DNA of 64,000 nucleotides from Bacilli bacterium (GTDB lineage: Bacteria > Bacillota_I > Bacilli_A > RFN20 > CAG-826): NCBI GenBank assembly GCA_024695235.1, contig JAILIP010000020.1:543-64542 (forward strand), read 5' to 3'. The translations under genes were made by a program, and so were the position numbers. Shown here piece by piece: positions 54,395 through 63,377 of the stretch; the stretch's first letter is position 1, and every line of letters starts with the position of its first letter. The notes below the pieces were generated by a model that was not told the DNA's origin, ran no database searches, and saw only the letters and a list, made by a program, of their open reading frames with translations.

Positions 54395-54421
54395 TCCTCA
54401 CTAAGTGAGGACTTTCTTTTT
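54395..54421. terminator. Bidirectional terminator
   Basis: TCCTCAC-TAA-GTGAGGA hairpin flanked by an A-run and a T-run. Confidence 0.85.
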
Positions 54422-55529
54422 AGAACCCTGTATGAGTTACTTCTTTTAGATTTTCATCAAGGAAGGCTTTTACGAGTGGCACATGGTATTCAGCGGCCTT
54501 ATCTTTCTTCCATGAATAGTATGTGTTTTCACCAAATTTGATTGAGTCAACATCTTCGCTAGGAATATCGAGTCCTGCTAGGACATTATGTTCTACTCCT
54601 GAAGCATACGCTAAGTTTGCGAGTCTATCAGGGGTGTAATAGCTATCTGTGACTTTGAATTGACCACCAAGTTCCTCAACAGTGTCATTGAAGTACACTG
54701 AACCAGATAAGAATGTTGGAGTCTTAACATTTTTATCTCCGCTTCCTTGAATAAGGAATAATGATGGGACATAACCGGAGTTATAACCGTATTTCGCGTT
54801 ATTGGTGTTTGCTAAACCGTATTCAACTTTGAATGCATTCCATTTAGCTTGGCTTTCAGGAGTGAGGTGAATTCCATCTTCTTGATATTCACGGATGCCA
54901 ATTTTTTCACAATCGAGAATGTAAAGATTATAAGTTGTTTTATATGTATCTAAAAAACGAGAATTTAAATCTGAGCAATCCGAACAATTGCTTCTAGCAA
55001 AATAGATGACGCTTTTCTTATCAGATGTATATAATTCATCAACTTGATCTTTAGAGACATAAAACATCTTTGGAAGAGTGACATATGTCTCCATCATCTT
55101 TTTAAATAGATCAATTTGCTTTAATTCATTTTTCTCGGAATTAACGTCCATAAGAACCTTACCATCTTTAAAGATAGCAAAGCTTGTATATCCACTTTTG
55201 AGTTTCATGCCAAAATTATCACGACTTTCTCCGCCATTTTCGAATTCTTTATAAGAAATCGAATAGACATAGACGTGTGTCTCAGAAATGTATTCTCCGA
55301 GAACAGCTTGGAATGTTGACCAACATGTACATCCAGGAGCGTACACAGTCACCAAAAATGTCTCTTTTGAATCAACCTTTTCAGACAATGCTTGATAGGA
55401 AATTGTCTCAGTTTGGTTATTGATCATTTGGCCATATTGAAGTGAGGCGATACGATCGTCTTTATTTCCGTTACAGCCAGCTAAAACTGCAAGGGATAAT
55501 GGTAATAAAATTAGGTGTGAAATCTTCAT
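54420..55529 (-). CDS. Lipoprotein with two thioredoxin-fold-like halves
   Basis: Lipobox VLAGC. FLVTVYAPGCTCWSTF...FAIFKDGK and VIYFARSNCSDCSDLN...VPSLFLIQG resemble the Trx beta-alpha-beta core with CxC and CxxC motifs. Confidence 0.6.
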   Translation of the reverse strand: MKISHLILLPLSLAVLAGCNGNKDDRIASLQYGQMINNQTETISYQALSEKVDSKETFLVTVYAPGCTCWSTFQAVLGEYISETHVYVYSISYKEFENGGESRDNFGMKLKSGYTSFAIFKDGKVLMDVNSEKNELKQIDLFKKMMETYVTLPKMFYVSKDQVDELYTSDKKSVIYFARSNCSDCSDLNSRFLDTYKTTYNLYILDCEKIGIREYQEDGIHLTPESQAKWNAFKVEYGLANTNNAKYGYNSGYVPSLFLIQGSGDKNVKTPTFLSGSVYFNDTVEELGGQFKVTDSYYTPDRLANLAYASGVEHNVLAGLDIPSEDVDSIKFGENTYYSWKKDKAAEYHVPLVKAFLDENLKEVTHTGF

Positions 55530-55680
55530 AAATTTTTATCCTTGATTGGCAATATTATATTTGATTATATTTTTAGATACAATTTTTACGATAACTTTTT
55601 TGCATAAAAATTTTATATATTACGTAGATTTCTAAAGAACATTACGTAAATACCCTCAAAAAAATTATTCAAAAAATATA

Positions 55681-55709
55681 TTGCATTTTACCCCCTTATT
55701 TTTTATATT
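55681..55709 (+). promoter_or_regulatory. Candidate promoter of potABCD
   Basis: TTGCAT, 17 nt, TATATT. The background is AT-rich, so this is tentative. Confidence 0.35.
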
Positions 55710-55773
55710 TTTATAGACTAAATTTTCTTTAGTTTAATTCATTATTTAATTGGTAGTTATGGAGGATATGCTA

Positions 55774-57285
55774 ATGGCATCCGAAGAAGTAATCATCAGC
55801 TTAAGCAATGTAGTTAAAAGTTTCGGAGACTTTAATGCAGTCGACGGAATCTCACTTGACATTAAGCGCGGACAATTTGTCACAATTTTAGGACCATCTG
55901 GATGTGGTAAAACCACAACCCTTAGAATGATTGGTGGTTTTGAACTCCCAACAGGCGGAACAATTCTTCTAAATGGAGAAGATATTACAAAACTCCCACC
56001 TTATAAGCGTCCTATCAACACCGTATTCCAAAGATACGCTCTGTTCCCACATTTAGACGTCTATGATAACGTCGCGTTTGGTTTAAAACTTAAGAAAGTT
56101 CCAACAAAAGTTACAAAGAAAAACGGTGAAGTCGTCGAAAAGATGAAGCATTACTCACCAAAAGAAATTGATGAAATGGTGCACCGCGCCCTTTCCATCG
56201 TTGATCTTGATGAACTAGAAGATAGAGATATAACAACTTTAAGTGGTGGTCAACAGCAACGTGTTGCAATTGCCCGTTGCATTGTTAACAAACCAGAAAT
56301 CCTTCTTTTAGATGAACCTTTAGGTGCTCTTGATCTAAAGATGAGAAAAGATATGCAAATCGAACTTAAAGAAATGCATAAGAAACTTGGTATCACCTTC
56401 ATCTATGTTACACATGACCAAGAAGAAGCTCTTACCATGAGTGATGTCATCGTCGTTATGAACGATGGAGTCATTCAACAAGTAGGAACACCAACTGAAA
56501 TCTATAACGAACCTAATAACGCTTTCGTTGCTGACTTTATTGGTGAGAGTAACATTTACTCTGCCACAATGTCAGGAAAGAAGAAAGTTCACTTCTTAGG
56601 AACTGATTTTAAATGTGTTGATGATTTCCCAATGAATGAAAGAGTCGATGTCGTTGTTCGTCCTGAAGACGTCATCCTTGGCAAAGCCAAAAAAGGCGGC
56701 CTTAATGGAGTTATTACCACCAAAATCTTTAAAGGTATTCATTACGAATACGCTATCATGGTTGGCAAAAACGAAATTATCGCTCAATCAACCAAAGATT
56801 TCCCAGAAGGAGAAGTATCAATCGATATTGAACCTGAAGGAATTCACATCATGAAAAAAGAAATCCTTCAAAACCTCTACACTGGTTGCGAAGTTCAAAA
56901 GGATAATAGTGTCGCCCTATCTGATGGATATGTTGATGTTGATCTCACTCAACTCATCGCTAAATCCAAAATGGACGAAGACGGTTATCTTGTTGCACCT
57001 AATGGCAAGAAATATGACCTTGCTGGTGCAAAGTTAACTTTAGAAGTTCCTTTAGATAAATTTGATTTCTCTGATGATACTGAATACGGTCAATTTACCG
57101 CTAAAGTCATCTCTTCTATCTACCATGGTGATCACTACCAAGTCATTGCACGTAGTGAAGATGAAGAAGATTTCATTCTCGAAACACAAGATGAATGGAA
57201 TGTTAATGATATTGTCGGTATCAAAGTCAATAAAGAAGATATTAAGATTCGTCTAAAAGGAGATATTTCGGAATATGAAATTTAG
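55774..57285 (+). CDS. potA: Spermidine/putrescine ABC transporter ATPase with a ~130-aa C-terminal extension
   Basis: GPSGCGKTT, LSGGQQQRVAIARC, LLLDEPLGALD. Start placed at ATG 55774 (GGAGG 8 nt upstream) rather than TTG 55750. Confidence 0.85.
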   Translation: MASEEVIISLSNVVKSFGDFNAVDGISLDIKRGQFVTILGPSGCGKTTTLRMIGGFELPTGGTILLNGEDITKLPPYKRPINTVFQRYALFPHLDVYDNVAFGLKLKKVPTKVTKKNGEVVEKMKHYSPKEIDEMVHRALSIVDLDELEDRDITTLSGGQQQRVAIARCIVNKPEILLLDEPLGALDLKMRKDMQIELKEMHKKLGITFIYVTHDQEEALTMSDVIVVMNDGVIQQVGTPTEIYNEPNNAFVADFIGESNIYSATMSGKKKVHFLGTDFKCVDDFPMNERVDVVVRPEDVILGKAKKGGLNGVITTKIFKGIHYEYAIMVGKNEIIAQSTKDFPEGEVSIDIEPEGIHIMKKEILQNLYTGCEVQKDNSVALSDGYVDVDLTQLIAKSKMDEDGYLVAPNGKKYDLAGAKLTLEVPLDKFDFSDDTEYGQFTAKVISSIYHGDHYQVIARSEDEEDFILETQDEWNVNDIVGIKVNKEDIKIRLKGDISEYEI

Positions 57286-58069
57286 GTTTCAACGAAAATA
57301 TTTCTCCATTCCATACGCGATCTTCTTATCACTATTTGTTGTTATCCCTGTCCTTCTTATCATCTATTACGCTTTCAGTGATAACAGTGGTAGGTTATCC
57401 ATTGAAGCCGCTAGAAATTTCTTCTCAGATACAACAAAACTAGAAGTTATTCTCGTAAGCTTTTTCATAGCCATTCAAACGACAATTATATGTCTACTAA
57501 TTGGCTATCCTTTAGCTTATTTCCTCGCTAGCAAACAATATAACAAAAATGCAGTACTAATCATGCTATTTATCATGCCTATGTGGATTAACTTTGTTCT
57601 TAGAACAACAGCCACACGTGATATCTTGTTTGCAATCGGTTTAACAGGTGGTAATTATCCATACTTAGCAACACTTATTGGTATGGTATATAACTACTTA
57701 CCATTTGTTATTCTTCCTTTGTACACAACTATGCTTAAACTCGATAAGAGCCAAGTAGAAGCTGCTGCTGATCTAGGCGCTAACCCAGTTCAAGTATTCG
57801 TTAAAAACATCATTCCTCAAACCATTCCTGGAATTATCTCAGCTGTCACTATGACACTCGTTCCAGTTATGTCATCATACGTTATATCCGATGCCCTTTC
57901 CGAAGGAAATGTCACACTTATTGGTAACTCCATCTACATTAACTTCGCTAACTATCAATGGCATAACGGATCATTTATGGCGTTTATCCTTCTCATCTTA
58001 GTTCTCATCTCGATGGTGGCTACTAAGAACACTGGAAGTCAAGAAAACGCAAGAGGTGGATTATGGTAA
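57275..58069 (+). CDS. potB: Spermidine/putrescine ABC transporter permease
   Basis: 6 TM segments and EAA loop EAAADLGANPVQVFVKNIIP. Confidence 0.85.
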   Translation: MKFRFQRKYFSIPYAIFLSLFVVIPVLLIIYYAFSDNSGRLSIEAARNFFSDTTKLEVILVSFFIAIQTTIICLLIGYPLAYFLASKQYNKNAVLIMLFIMPMWINFVLRTTATRDILFAIGLTGGNYPYLATLIGMVYNYLPFVILPLYTTMLKLDKSQVEAAADLGANPVQVFVKNIIPQTIPGIISAVTMTLVPVMSSYVISDALSEGNVTLIGNSIYINFANYQWHNGSFMAFILLILVLISMVATKNTGSQENARGGLW

Positions 58070-58941
58070 AGAAAGTTTTAGCTAATATCTATATCTATCT
58101 CATCCTCTTTTTGATGTATTTACCTATCTTGGTGCTTATCGCATTCAGCTTATCCACCAACGATACAATCCAATTTGGAAGTGCTGAGAATTTCAATTTC
58201 GGATTTGATTTATATCAAAACTTATTCTCCGATACCCGTGTTGCAAGAGAAATCTGGACTGCTATGGGTAACACCCTCATCATCGCATTAATTTCAGCAG
58301 TGGTGAGCGTTGTCCTTGGTACTCTAGGTGCTATCGGAACATTCTACGCTAAGAAACGTGCCCAAAAGGCTATTGAGATCGCAACTCAAATTCCAGTTGT
58401 AAACGCGGAAATTGTCATTGCCTTATCACTTACAGTCATGTTTGTCTTTGTGGGTAATGTTATCTTTAGAGGAGCGAAACTATTTAGTTTCTGGACTCTA
58501 CTTATCGGTCACGTTGTCTTATCACTCCCATTTGTCTATCTCAACGTTAAACCAAAACTACAACAAATGGATCCTCACCTTTATGAAGCTGCTTTGGACT
58601 TAGGAGCAACTCCATCCCAAGGTTTAACCAAAGTCATCATCCCTCAAATCATGCCTGGTATTTTCTCAGGATTCCTTCTCTCAATTACATTGTCGCTTGA
58701 TGACTTCATTGTTACTGCCTTCACAAGAGGTCCTGGTTTATTAAGTGGTGATGCCGCTATTGAGACTTTATCAACCTATATTCAAACGAGTTTGAAAAAG
58801 CATACAGTTCCAGCTGAACTTAGACCATTAACACTCATCATATTCTTAGTCGTACTCGCAATCGTACTAGGTGTGACTTTATATAAGAATCACACTCCAA
58901 AAACAAAAAGAAGGGGGTTAGCAAGAAATGAAAGCATCTAA
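58063..58941 (+). CDS. potC: Spermidine/putrescine ABC transporter permease
   Basis: 6 TM segments and EAA loop EAALDLGATPSQGLTKVIIP. Confidence 0.85.
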   Translation: MVKKVLANIYIYLILFLMYLPILVLIAFSLSTNDTIQFGSAENFNFGFDLYQNLFSDTRVAREIWTAMGNTLIIALISAVVSVVLGTLGAIGTFYAKKRAQKAIEIATQIPVVNAEIVIALSLTVMFVFVGNVIFRGAKLFSFWTLLIGHVVLSLPFVYLNVKPKLQQMDPHLYEAALDLGATPSQGLTKVIIPQIMPGIFSGFLLSITLSLDDFIVTAFTRGPGLLSGDAAIETLSTYIQTSLKKHTVPAELRPLTLIIFLVVLAIVLGVTLYKNHTPKTKRRGLARNESI

Positions 58942-60637
58942 ATGTTTAACTCTTTTCCCATTATCCCTTTTTGCGATTGTCGCCTTAAGTGGATGTGCAT
59001 CTAAGGAAAGCGAAAAAGTAGTTCTCCGTGTTTTAAACTCCGCTGACTACATCTATGAAGAAGATGAAATCAGTGAAGAAGAAAGAGAATGCGACTACGC
59101 TAAATATCTCCTTCAAGGTAGTGAAAACCCTGATGGTAGTGAAAATCCTGATTTTGATGCTAAAACTGCACCAGCCAATCCGGATATGATGGAGCAATTC
59201 GTTAGCTACATCAAAGAAGAATATGGAGATGATGTAGACTTTGTCTATGATACATTCGACACAAACGAAACCATGTATAACGAACTTATGACAGGTAAGT
59301 CAAACTATGACATCATCTGTACATCTGACTACATGCTTCAAAAACTTATCTCTAATGACTTAATTCAACCAATTTCCGCTAGCGGTGAATACACTGAAGA
59401 AAAATGGCTTGAAAGAATTAGAAGTAATGTCTCTTCATATCTATGGGATATCTTTGATAACATTCATCCAAAGAATCTCAGTGATAACTCATATATTGAA
59501 GACAAGATTCTCTCCCAATACTCTGTCCCATATATGTGGGGTACAGTCGGTATTATGTATAACCCAGAGTTCTATGGCTATAAAGTAGGGCTTGAAAATG
59601 CTTCTGAAGAAGAAATCGCCGCTAATGACGAACTTCTTGAAAGCATCATCGAAGACTTTTTATCCTGGGACGTCTTTTATAAAGACGCTGAAGGTAAAGA
59701 TACTAAGTACACCAATACATTCTCCATCAAAGATTCTGTTAGAGATGTATACGCTGTAAGTATCGTTCACGCCTTCAAAGATGAAATCGCTGAACTCGAT
59801 GAAAGTTCTCTAGATTTCAATAAGAAACTCAACGAAATCTTCAACCGTTGCGATGATGAAACAATCGCTAAGGTAAAAGAAGATATGCTTGCCTTAAAAG
59901 ATAACTCCTTTGGTTTTGAAGTTGACTCAGGAAAAACCGATATGGTCGAAGGTAAGATCGGTGCTAACCTCTCTTGGAGTGGTGACTCAACATGGGCCAT
60001 TCAAGAAGCTGCAGCTACTGCTGATAAAGAACTATATTTTTCAATTCCAAAGGAAGGTAGCAATATTTGGTTCGATGGCTTCTGCATTCCAAAGACCAGT
60101 GAACACGCTGAACTCGCTGCTAAGTTCATCGACTTCATGGCTCAACCAAAACAAGCCATTCAAAACATGTGGTCTGTTGGATATACATCCTCAACAGCTA
60201 CTGATGAACTCCTTGATTATGTCTATGAATGCTATGACGTTCGTGGATCAATCGATGGTGAAGCAGAAGAAGTAGGTGTTCCATATGATATCTCATACTT
60301 CTTTAACGAAGATGCCTTATCGGATGAATATAACACCATTCCTAATGTTGCCGTTCTTCAAGCATATGAAGACTGTGTCGGTAGAGACTTAACTGCTCAA
60401 TATCCAACAAAAGAAGAACTCCCACACTTATGTGTGATGGATGACTTCGGCACTCAAAATGAACATGTCTTAAATATGTGGGAACATGTTAGAACTAACG
60501 CTCTTCCATTATGGGCAATTATCCTACTTGTTATTGAGGCATTGCTCGCTATTAGTCTTATCCTCTACTTTGTATTTAATCACTCTACAAAGAAGAAAAT
60601 GATTAACCTAAGAAAAGCGTCTAGACAAAAGAAATAA
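58928..60637 (+). CDS. potD: Polyamine-type substrate-binding lipoprotein, enlarged, with an additional C-terminal TM anchor
   Basis: Lipobox ALSGC. PotD-like core (YDIICTSDYM, PYMWGTVGIMYN, WFDGFCIPK), acidic insertions, and C-terminal LPLWAIILLVIEALLAISLILYFVF. Confidence 0.8.
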   Translation: MKASKCLTLFPLSLFAIVALSGCASKESEKVVLRVLNSADYIYEEDEISEEERECDYAKYLLQGSENPDGSENPDFDAKTAPANPDMMEQFVSYIKEEYGDDVDFVYDTFDTNETMYNELMTGKSNYDIICTSDYMLQKLISNDLIQPISASGEYTEEKWLERIRSNVSSYLWDIFDNIHPKNLSDNSYIEDKILSQYSVPYMWGTVGIMYNPEFYGYKVGLENASEEEIAANDELLESIIEDFLSWDVFYKDAEGKDTKYTNTFSIKDSVRDVYAVSIVHAFKDEIAELDESSLDFNKKLNEIFNRCDDETIAKVKEDMLALKDNSFGFEVDSGKTDMVEGKIGANLSWSGDSTWAIQEAAATADKELYFSIPKEGSNIWFDGFCIPKTSEHAELAAKFIDFMAQPKQAIQNMWSVGYTSSTATDELLDYVYECYDVRGSIDGEAEEVGVPYDISYFFNEDALSDEYNTIPNVAVLQAYEDCVGRDLTAQYPTKEELPHLCVMDDFGTQNEHVLNMWEHVRTNALPLWAIILLVIEALLAISLILYFVFNHSTKKKMINLRKASRQKK

Positions 60638-60644
60638 TACATTC

Positions 60645-60673
60645 TTGTTATAAACAAAACTTAGTGATATAAT
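60645..60673 (+). promoter_or_regulatory. Promoter of the tRNA operon
   Basis: TTGTTA, 17 nt, TATAAT with TGA immediately upstream (extended -10). tRNA-Cys starts 11 nt after the -10. Confidence 0.7.
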
Positions 60674-60683
60674 CTCGTTTGCT

Positions 60684-60757
60684 GGTTCCGTAGCCAAGTG
60701 GCAAGGCAATTGACTGCAACTCAATGAGCGTCAGTTCAACTCTGACCGGAACCTCCA
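60684..60757 (+). tRNA. tRNA-Cys (GCA)
   Basis: Acceptor GGTTCCG/CGGAACC, discriminator U73, anticodon loop CTGCAAC, CCA encoded. Confidence 0.9.
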
Positions 60758-60830
60758 AACGAGCAAATAATGCTTGTTAATTAAATATCTTTCTCGTAAG
60801 ATATTAAAAGCGTTTCTGGAAGAGTCACAT

Positions 60831-60907
60831 GCGCCTGTAGCTCAACTGGATAGAGTGTCAGACTACGAATCTGAAGGTTGCATGTTCGATTCATGTCAGG
60901 CGCGCCA
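60831..60907 (+). tRNA. tRNA-Arg (ACG)
   Basis: Acceptor GCGCCTG/CAGGCGC, anticodon loop CTACGAA, CCA encoded. Confidence 0.9.
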
Positions 60908-60918
60908 GAAACAAATAT

Positions 60919-60995
60919 CGGGATGTAGCGTAGCTTGGTATCGCGTCTGCTTTGGGAGCAGAAGGCCGCTGGTTCAAATCCAGTCATCCCGACCA
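60919..60995 (+). tRNA. tRNA-Pro (TGG)
   Basis: Acceptor CGGGATG/CATCCCG, anticodon loop TTTGGGA, CCA encoded. Confidence 0.9.
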
Positions 60996-61001
60996 TTATA
61001 T

Positions 61002-61077
61002 GGGCCCGTAGCTCACCTGGGAGAGCGCCTGATTTGCATTCAGGAGGTAGAGAGTTCGATCCTCTTCGGGTCCACCA
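61002..61077 (+). tRNA. tRNA-Ala (TGC)
   Basis: Acceptor GGGCCCG/CGGGTCC with the G3:U70 identity pair, anticodon loop TTTGCAT, CCA encoded. Confidence 0.9.
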
Positions 61078-61080
61078 TTT

Positions 61081-61157
61081 GGCTGAGTAGCTCAGTTGGC
61101 TAGAGCAGGAAGTTCATACCTTCAAGGTCGGCGGTTCAAATCCGTCCTCAGCTACCA
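61081..61157 (+). tRNA. tRNA with CAT anticodon (elongator Met or lysidine-modified Ile2; not an initiator)
   Basis: Acceptor GGCTGAG/CTCAGCT with a paired 1:72. Anticodon loop TTCATAC. No GGG/CCC in the anticodon stem. CCA encoded. Confidence 0.8.
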
Positions 61158-61168
61158 ATAGCACACCT

Positions 61169-61200
61169 GTCTTGATAGTGAATCAAGGCTTTTTTATTTT
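61169..61200. terminator. Terminator after the tRNA operon, shared with the convergent KilA-N gene
   Basis: GTCTTGAT-AGTGA-ATCAAGGC hairpin followed by TTTTTTATTTT. Confidence 0.8.
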
Positions 61201-62006
61201 CGTAAGATTGGTTTGGTAGTGTTTTTATTAAAAATCTCTTTTTCCCTATTTGCTTCTTTGTTCAAAATAATCAATCTCTCTTTTTGATCAACCTTTTGTG
61301 TAATTAGCATTGAATTAAGATATTCGAGGTTGCTTAAGATAGCTAATTCAACTGTGCTTGCATAATCTCTTATATTGCCATTTTTTTCAGGAAACAAATT
61401 TGCCCATTCTTTTGCTGTTTTCCCAAACAATGCGACATTTAGTAAGTCGGCCTCGTTTGCATAAATGTTATTTTTTTGTTCATTTGTTAAGTTGTATTGT
61501 ATTAAATGCTCTTTAATCGCTGTTGTTTGGATTAGATAATTTAACTTTGTTAATAATCTTTTTCCTTGCCATTCTAATTGTTCTGCTTCGACAATTTTTA
61601 ATCTCTGAAACTCTTTGATTATGTATAGCTTTAATTCTGGGGAAATCCAAGACGCAAATTCTAACGCAATATCGATATGAGCATAAGTTCCACCGTTTTT
61701 TGTTGCTTTAGTTCTAATTCCTATTGCCCTATATTCATTTACCCATCTGGTTGGTGACATAGTAAATGAGTTTTTGCCAGCATCCTGTAGTAGGGGGTCG
61801 AATTCGACCCGGTTAAACGAAGGATTGTTTAGCGTTTCCCATATACAGAGAAATTCTAGTGTTGATCTTAATCTCAACCAATTTTTCACTACATCTTTTG
61901 GCTCTTTCGGATTTTTCGATTTAGCAATATCTGTAAGACTAATGTAATGATTATCAGACATTCCGATAAATGATATCTCGATGTTTTTTACGCATATTTT
62001 GTTCAT
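61194..62006 (-). CDS. KilA-N domain-containing protein
   Basis: YISLTDIAK...NWLRLRSTLEFLCIWE...GGTYAHIDIALEFASWISPELKLYIIKEFQRLK matches the common ~270-aa KilA-N family. Confidence 0.85.
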   Translation of the reverse strand: MNKICVKNIEISFIGMSDNHYISLTDIAKSKNPKEPKDVVKNWLRLRSTLEFLCIWETLNNPSFNRVEFDPLLQDAGKNSFTMSPTRWVNEYRAIGIRTKATKNGGTYAHIDIALEFASWISPELKLYIIKEFQRLKIVEAEQLEWQGKRLLTKLNYLIQTTAIKEHLIQYNLTNEQKNNIYANEADLLNVALFGKTAKEWANLFPEKNGNIRDYASTVELAILSNLEYLNSMLITQKVDQKERLIILNKEANREKEIFNKNTTKPILRK

Positions 62007-62197
62007 AATATACCTCCTACCCTTTTATCTAGTCTCGAATATCAAAAGTGTGTCAAAACTCGTTATAAAAGTTCGATTCTATCGAATGTATTTTTCCTTG
62101 TATTTGCTACTCGGACATAATTTTCTAATAGTTTTAAAAAAAACTAATGAAATATCTAAAATTAACGATATAATATATAAGCATTTTGTATGCAAAA

Positions 62198-62274
62198 GGA
62201 CCATTAGCTCAATTGGTTAGAGCAATCGGCTCATAACCGACTGGTTCTGGGTTCAAGTCCTAGATGGTCCACCA
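62198..62274 (+). tRNA. tRNA with CAT anticodon (Ile2-lysidine or Met)
   Basis: Acceptor GGACCAT/ATGGTCC, anticodon loop CTCATAA, non-Watson-Crick 27:43, TGGTT variable region reminiscent of ileX-type tRNAs, CCA encoded. Confidence 0.8.
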
Positions 62275-62278
62275 ATAT

Positions 62279-62369
62279 GGAGGATTACCCAAGTGGTCGA
62301 AGGGGGCGGTCTTGAAAACCGCTAGGGGGTGCAAGCCCCGCAAGAGTTCGAATCCCTTATCCTCCGCCA
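62279..62369 (+). tRNA. tRNA-Ser (TGA)
   Basis: Acceptor GGAGGAT/ATCCTCC, anticodon loop CTTGAAA, long variable arm (class II), CCA encoded. Confidence 0.9.
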
Positions 62370-62380
62370 TTGAATAATAT

Positions 62381-62408
62381 GCTCTCTAAAAAGAGAGCTT
62401 TTCTTTTA
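62381..62408 (+). terminator. Rho-independent terminator after tRNA-Ser
   Basis: GCTCTCT-AAAA-AGAGAGC hairpin followed by TTTTCTTTT. Confidence 0.85.
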
Positions 62409-62436
62409 TTTAGTTAGAGTTATCATATTTAGGTAA

Positions 62437-63339
62437 ATGGAATATATTCTTTTTTCATTTTTAGCTCTTCTAGCATCCGCTGGTAATACGATATTCAATC
62501 GCATCGGTGCAAAGCGTGCATCAGCTTTACTGAATGCGACAGTGAAATCTTTCTTCATTGTTATTGCCTGCTTTTTGATATGCCTTGCGATGGGTCATGT
62601 CCCAACTTTATATTCTTGGAGTTCCACTGATTTTATATGGCTAAGTGTAGTAGGGGTGTTAACCGCTATTGATTGGCTATTTTATTTCTTTGCTATTAAA
62701 AGAACACATTTAGAAGTATTTGCTCCATTCACTGCTAGTGGTGTTCTTTTCACATCTAACTTACTATTCCTCATATTCATGTTTGCAAGTGTTACCAATG
62801 GAGGAAAGCCTCTTAATATCACATTTTTCATTATTGGTCTTTTATGTATGGTAGGAGCAATGATGTTTGTCATATTCAACAAGAAAATGAATCCATCTCA
62901 AAAGTTCATCTGGATTATTTATGATGTTATCTCTGTTGTCGCTTTTGCCTTCCTTTTACTTGTAGTAAAGATGAAGCTATCACATATCCCATCTGATGTA
63001 ATTTCATTCCATCAAATGCTCATTACTTTTGTGATATTATTCATCGCTGCATGCGCTTCTAAGACAATTGTTGAAATAGGTAAGATTCGTCCACTTGATC
63101 ATCTATATATTTTCATTGGAGCAGTATTCAATGCTTTGATGAATATCTTCAGATACCAAGCCTTCTCATATGATACCTGTATCCCTGCAATTGTTAATGT
63201 CATAGTGGCCTTAGACTTCATCATTGTTTCAGCAATCACTGTCATCTTCTATAAGAGCAAGAACAAGGTTGCATTAATAATCGCTATATCACTTATATTC
63301 ACCGGTATGGTTCTTAACTTATTAGCGGGTCTTATTTAG
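62437..63339 (+). CDS. EamA/DMT-superfamily membrane transporter
   Basis: 300 aa, about 10 TM segments in two similar halves. Confidence 0.6.
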   Translation: MEYILFSFLALLASAGNTIFNRIGAKRASALLNATVKSFFIVIACFLICLAMGHVPTLYSWSSTDFIWLSVVGVLTAIDWLFYFFAIKRTHLEVFAPFTASGVLFTSNLLFLIFMFASVTNGGKPLNITFFIIGLLCMVGAMMFVIFNKKMNPSQKFIWIIYDVISVVAFAFLLLVVKMKLSHIPSDVISFHQMLITFVILFIAACASKTIVEIGKIRPLDHLYIFIGAVFNALMNIFRYQAFSYDTCIPAIVNVIVALDFIIVSAITVIFYKSKNKVALIIAISLIFTGMVLNLLAGLI

Positions 63340-63377
63340 GGATGTTATTTTTTAAATAATCAGTTAAAATATTTGCT

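Noticed and set aside
60674-60763. 8-nt complementarity (CTCGTTTG / CAAACGAG) flanking tRNA-Cys, possibly a precursor processing stem
   Set aside because: The 5' arm lies immediately after the -10 hexamer and mostly upstream of the expected transcription start, so it is unlikely to be in the RNA. It is probably coincidental.
60774-61103. 109-aa (+) and 71-aa (-) ORFs across the tRNA array
   Set aside because: They are fully explained by tRNA-Arg, tRNA-Pro and tRNA-Ala and are artefacts of stop-free structured RNA genes.
61981-62220. 79-aa + strand ORF upstream of tRNA-CAT
   Set aside because: It is a hydrophobic, low-complexity translation of AT-rich intergenic DNA that runs into the tRNA, with no RBS.
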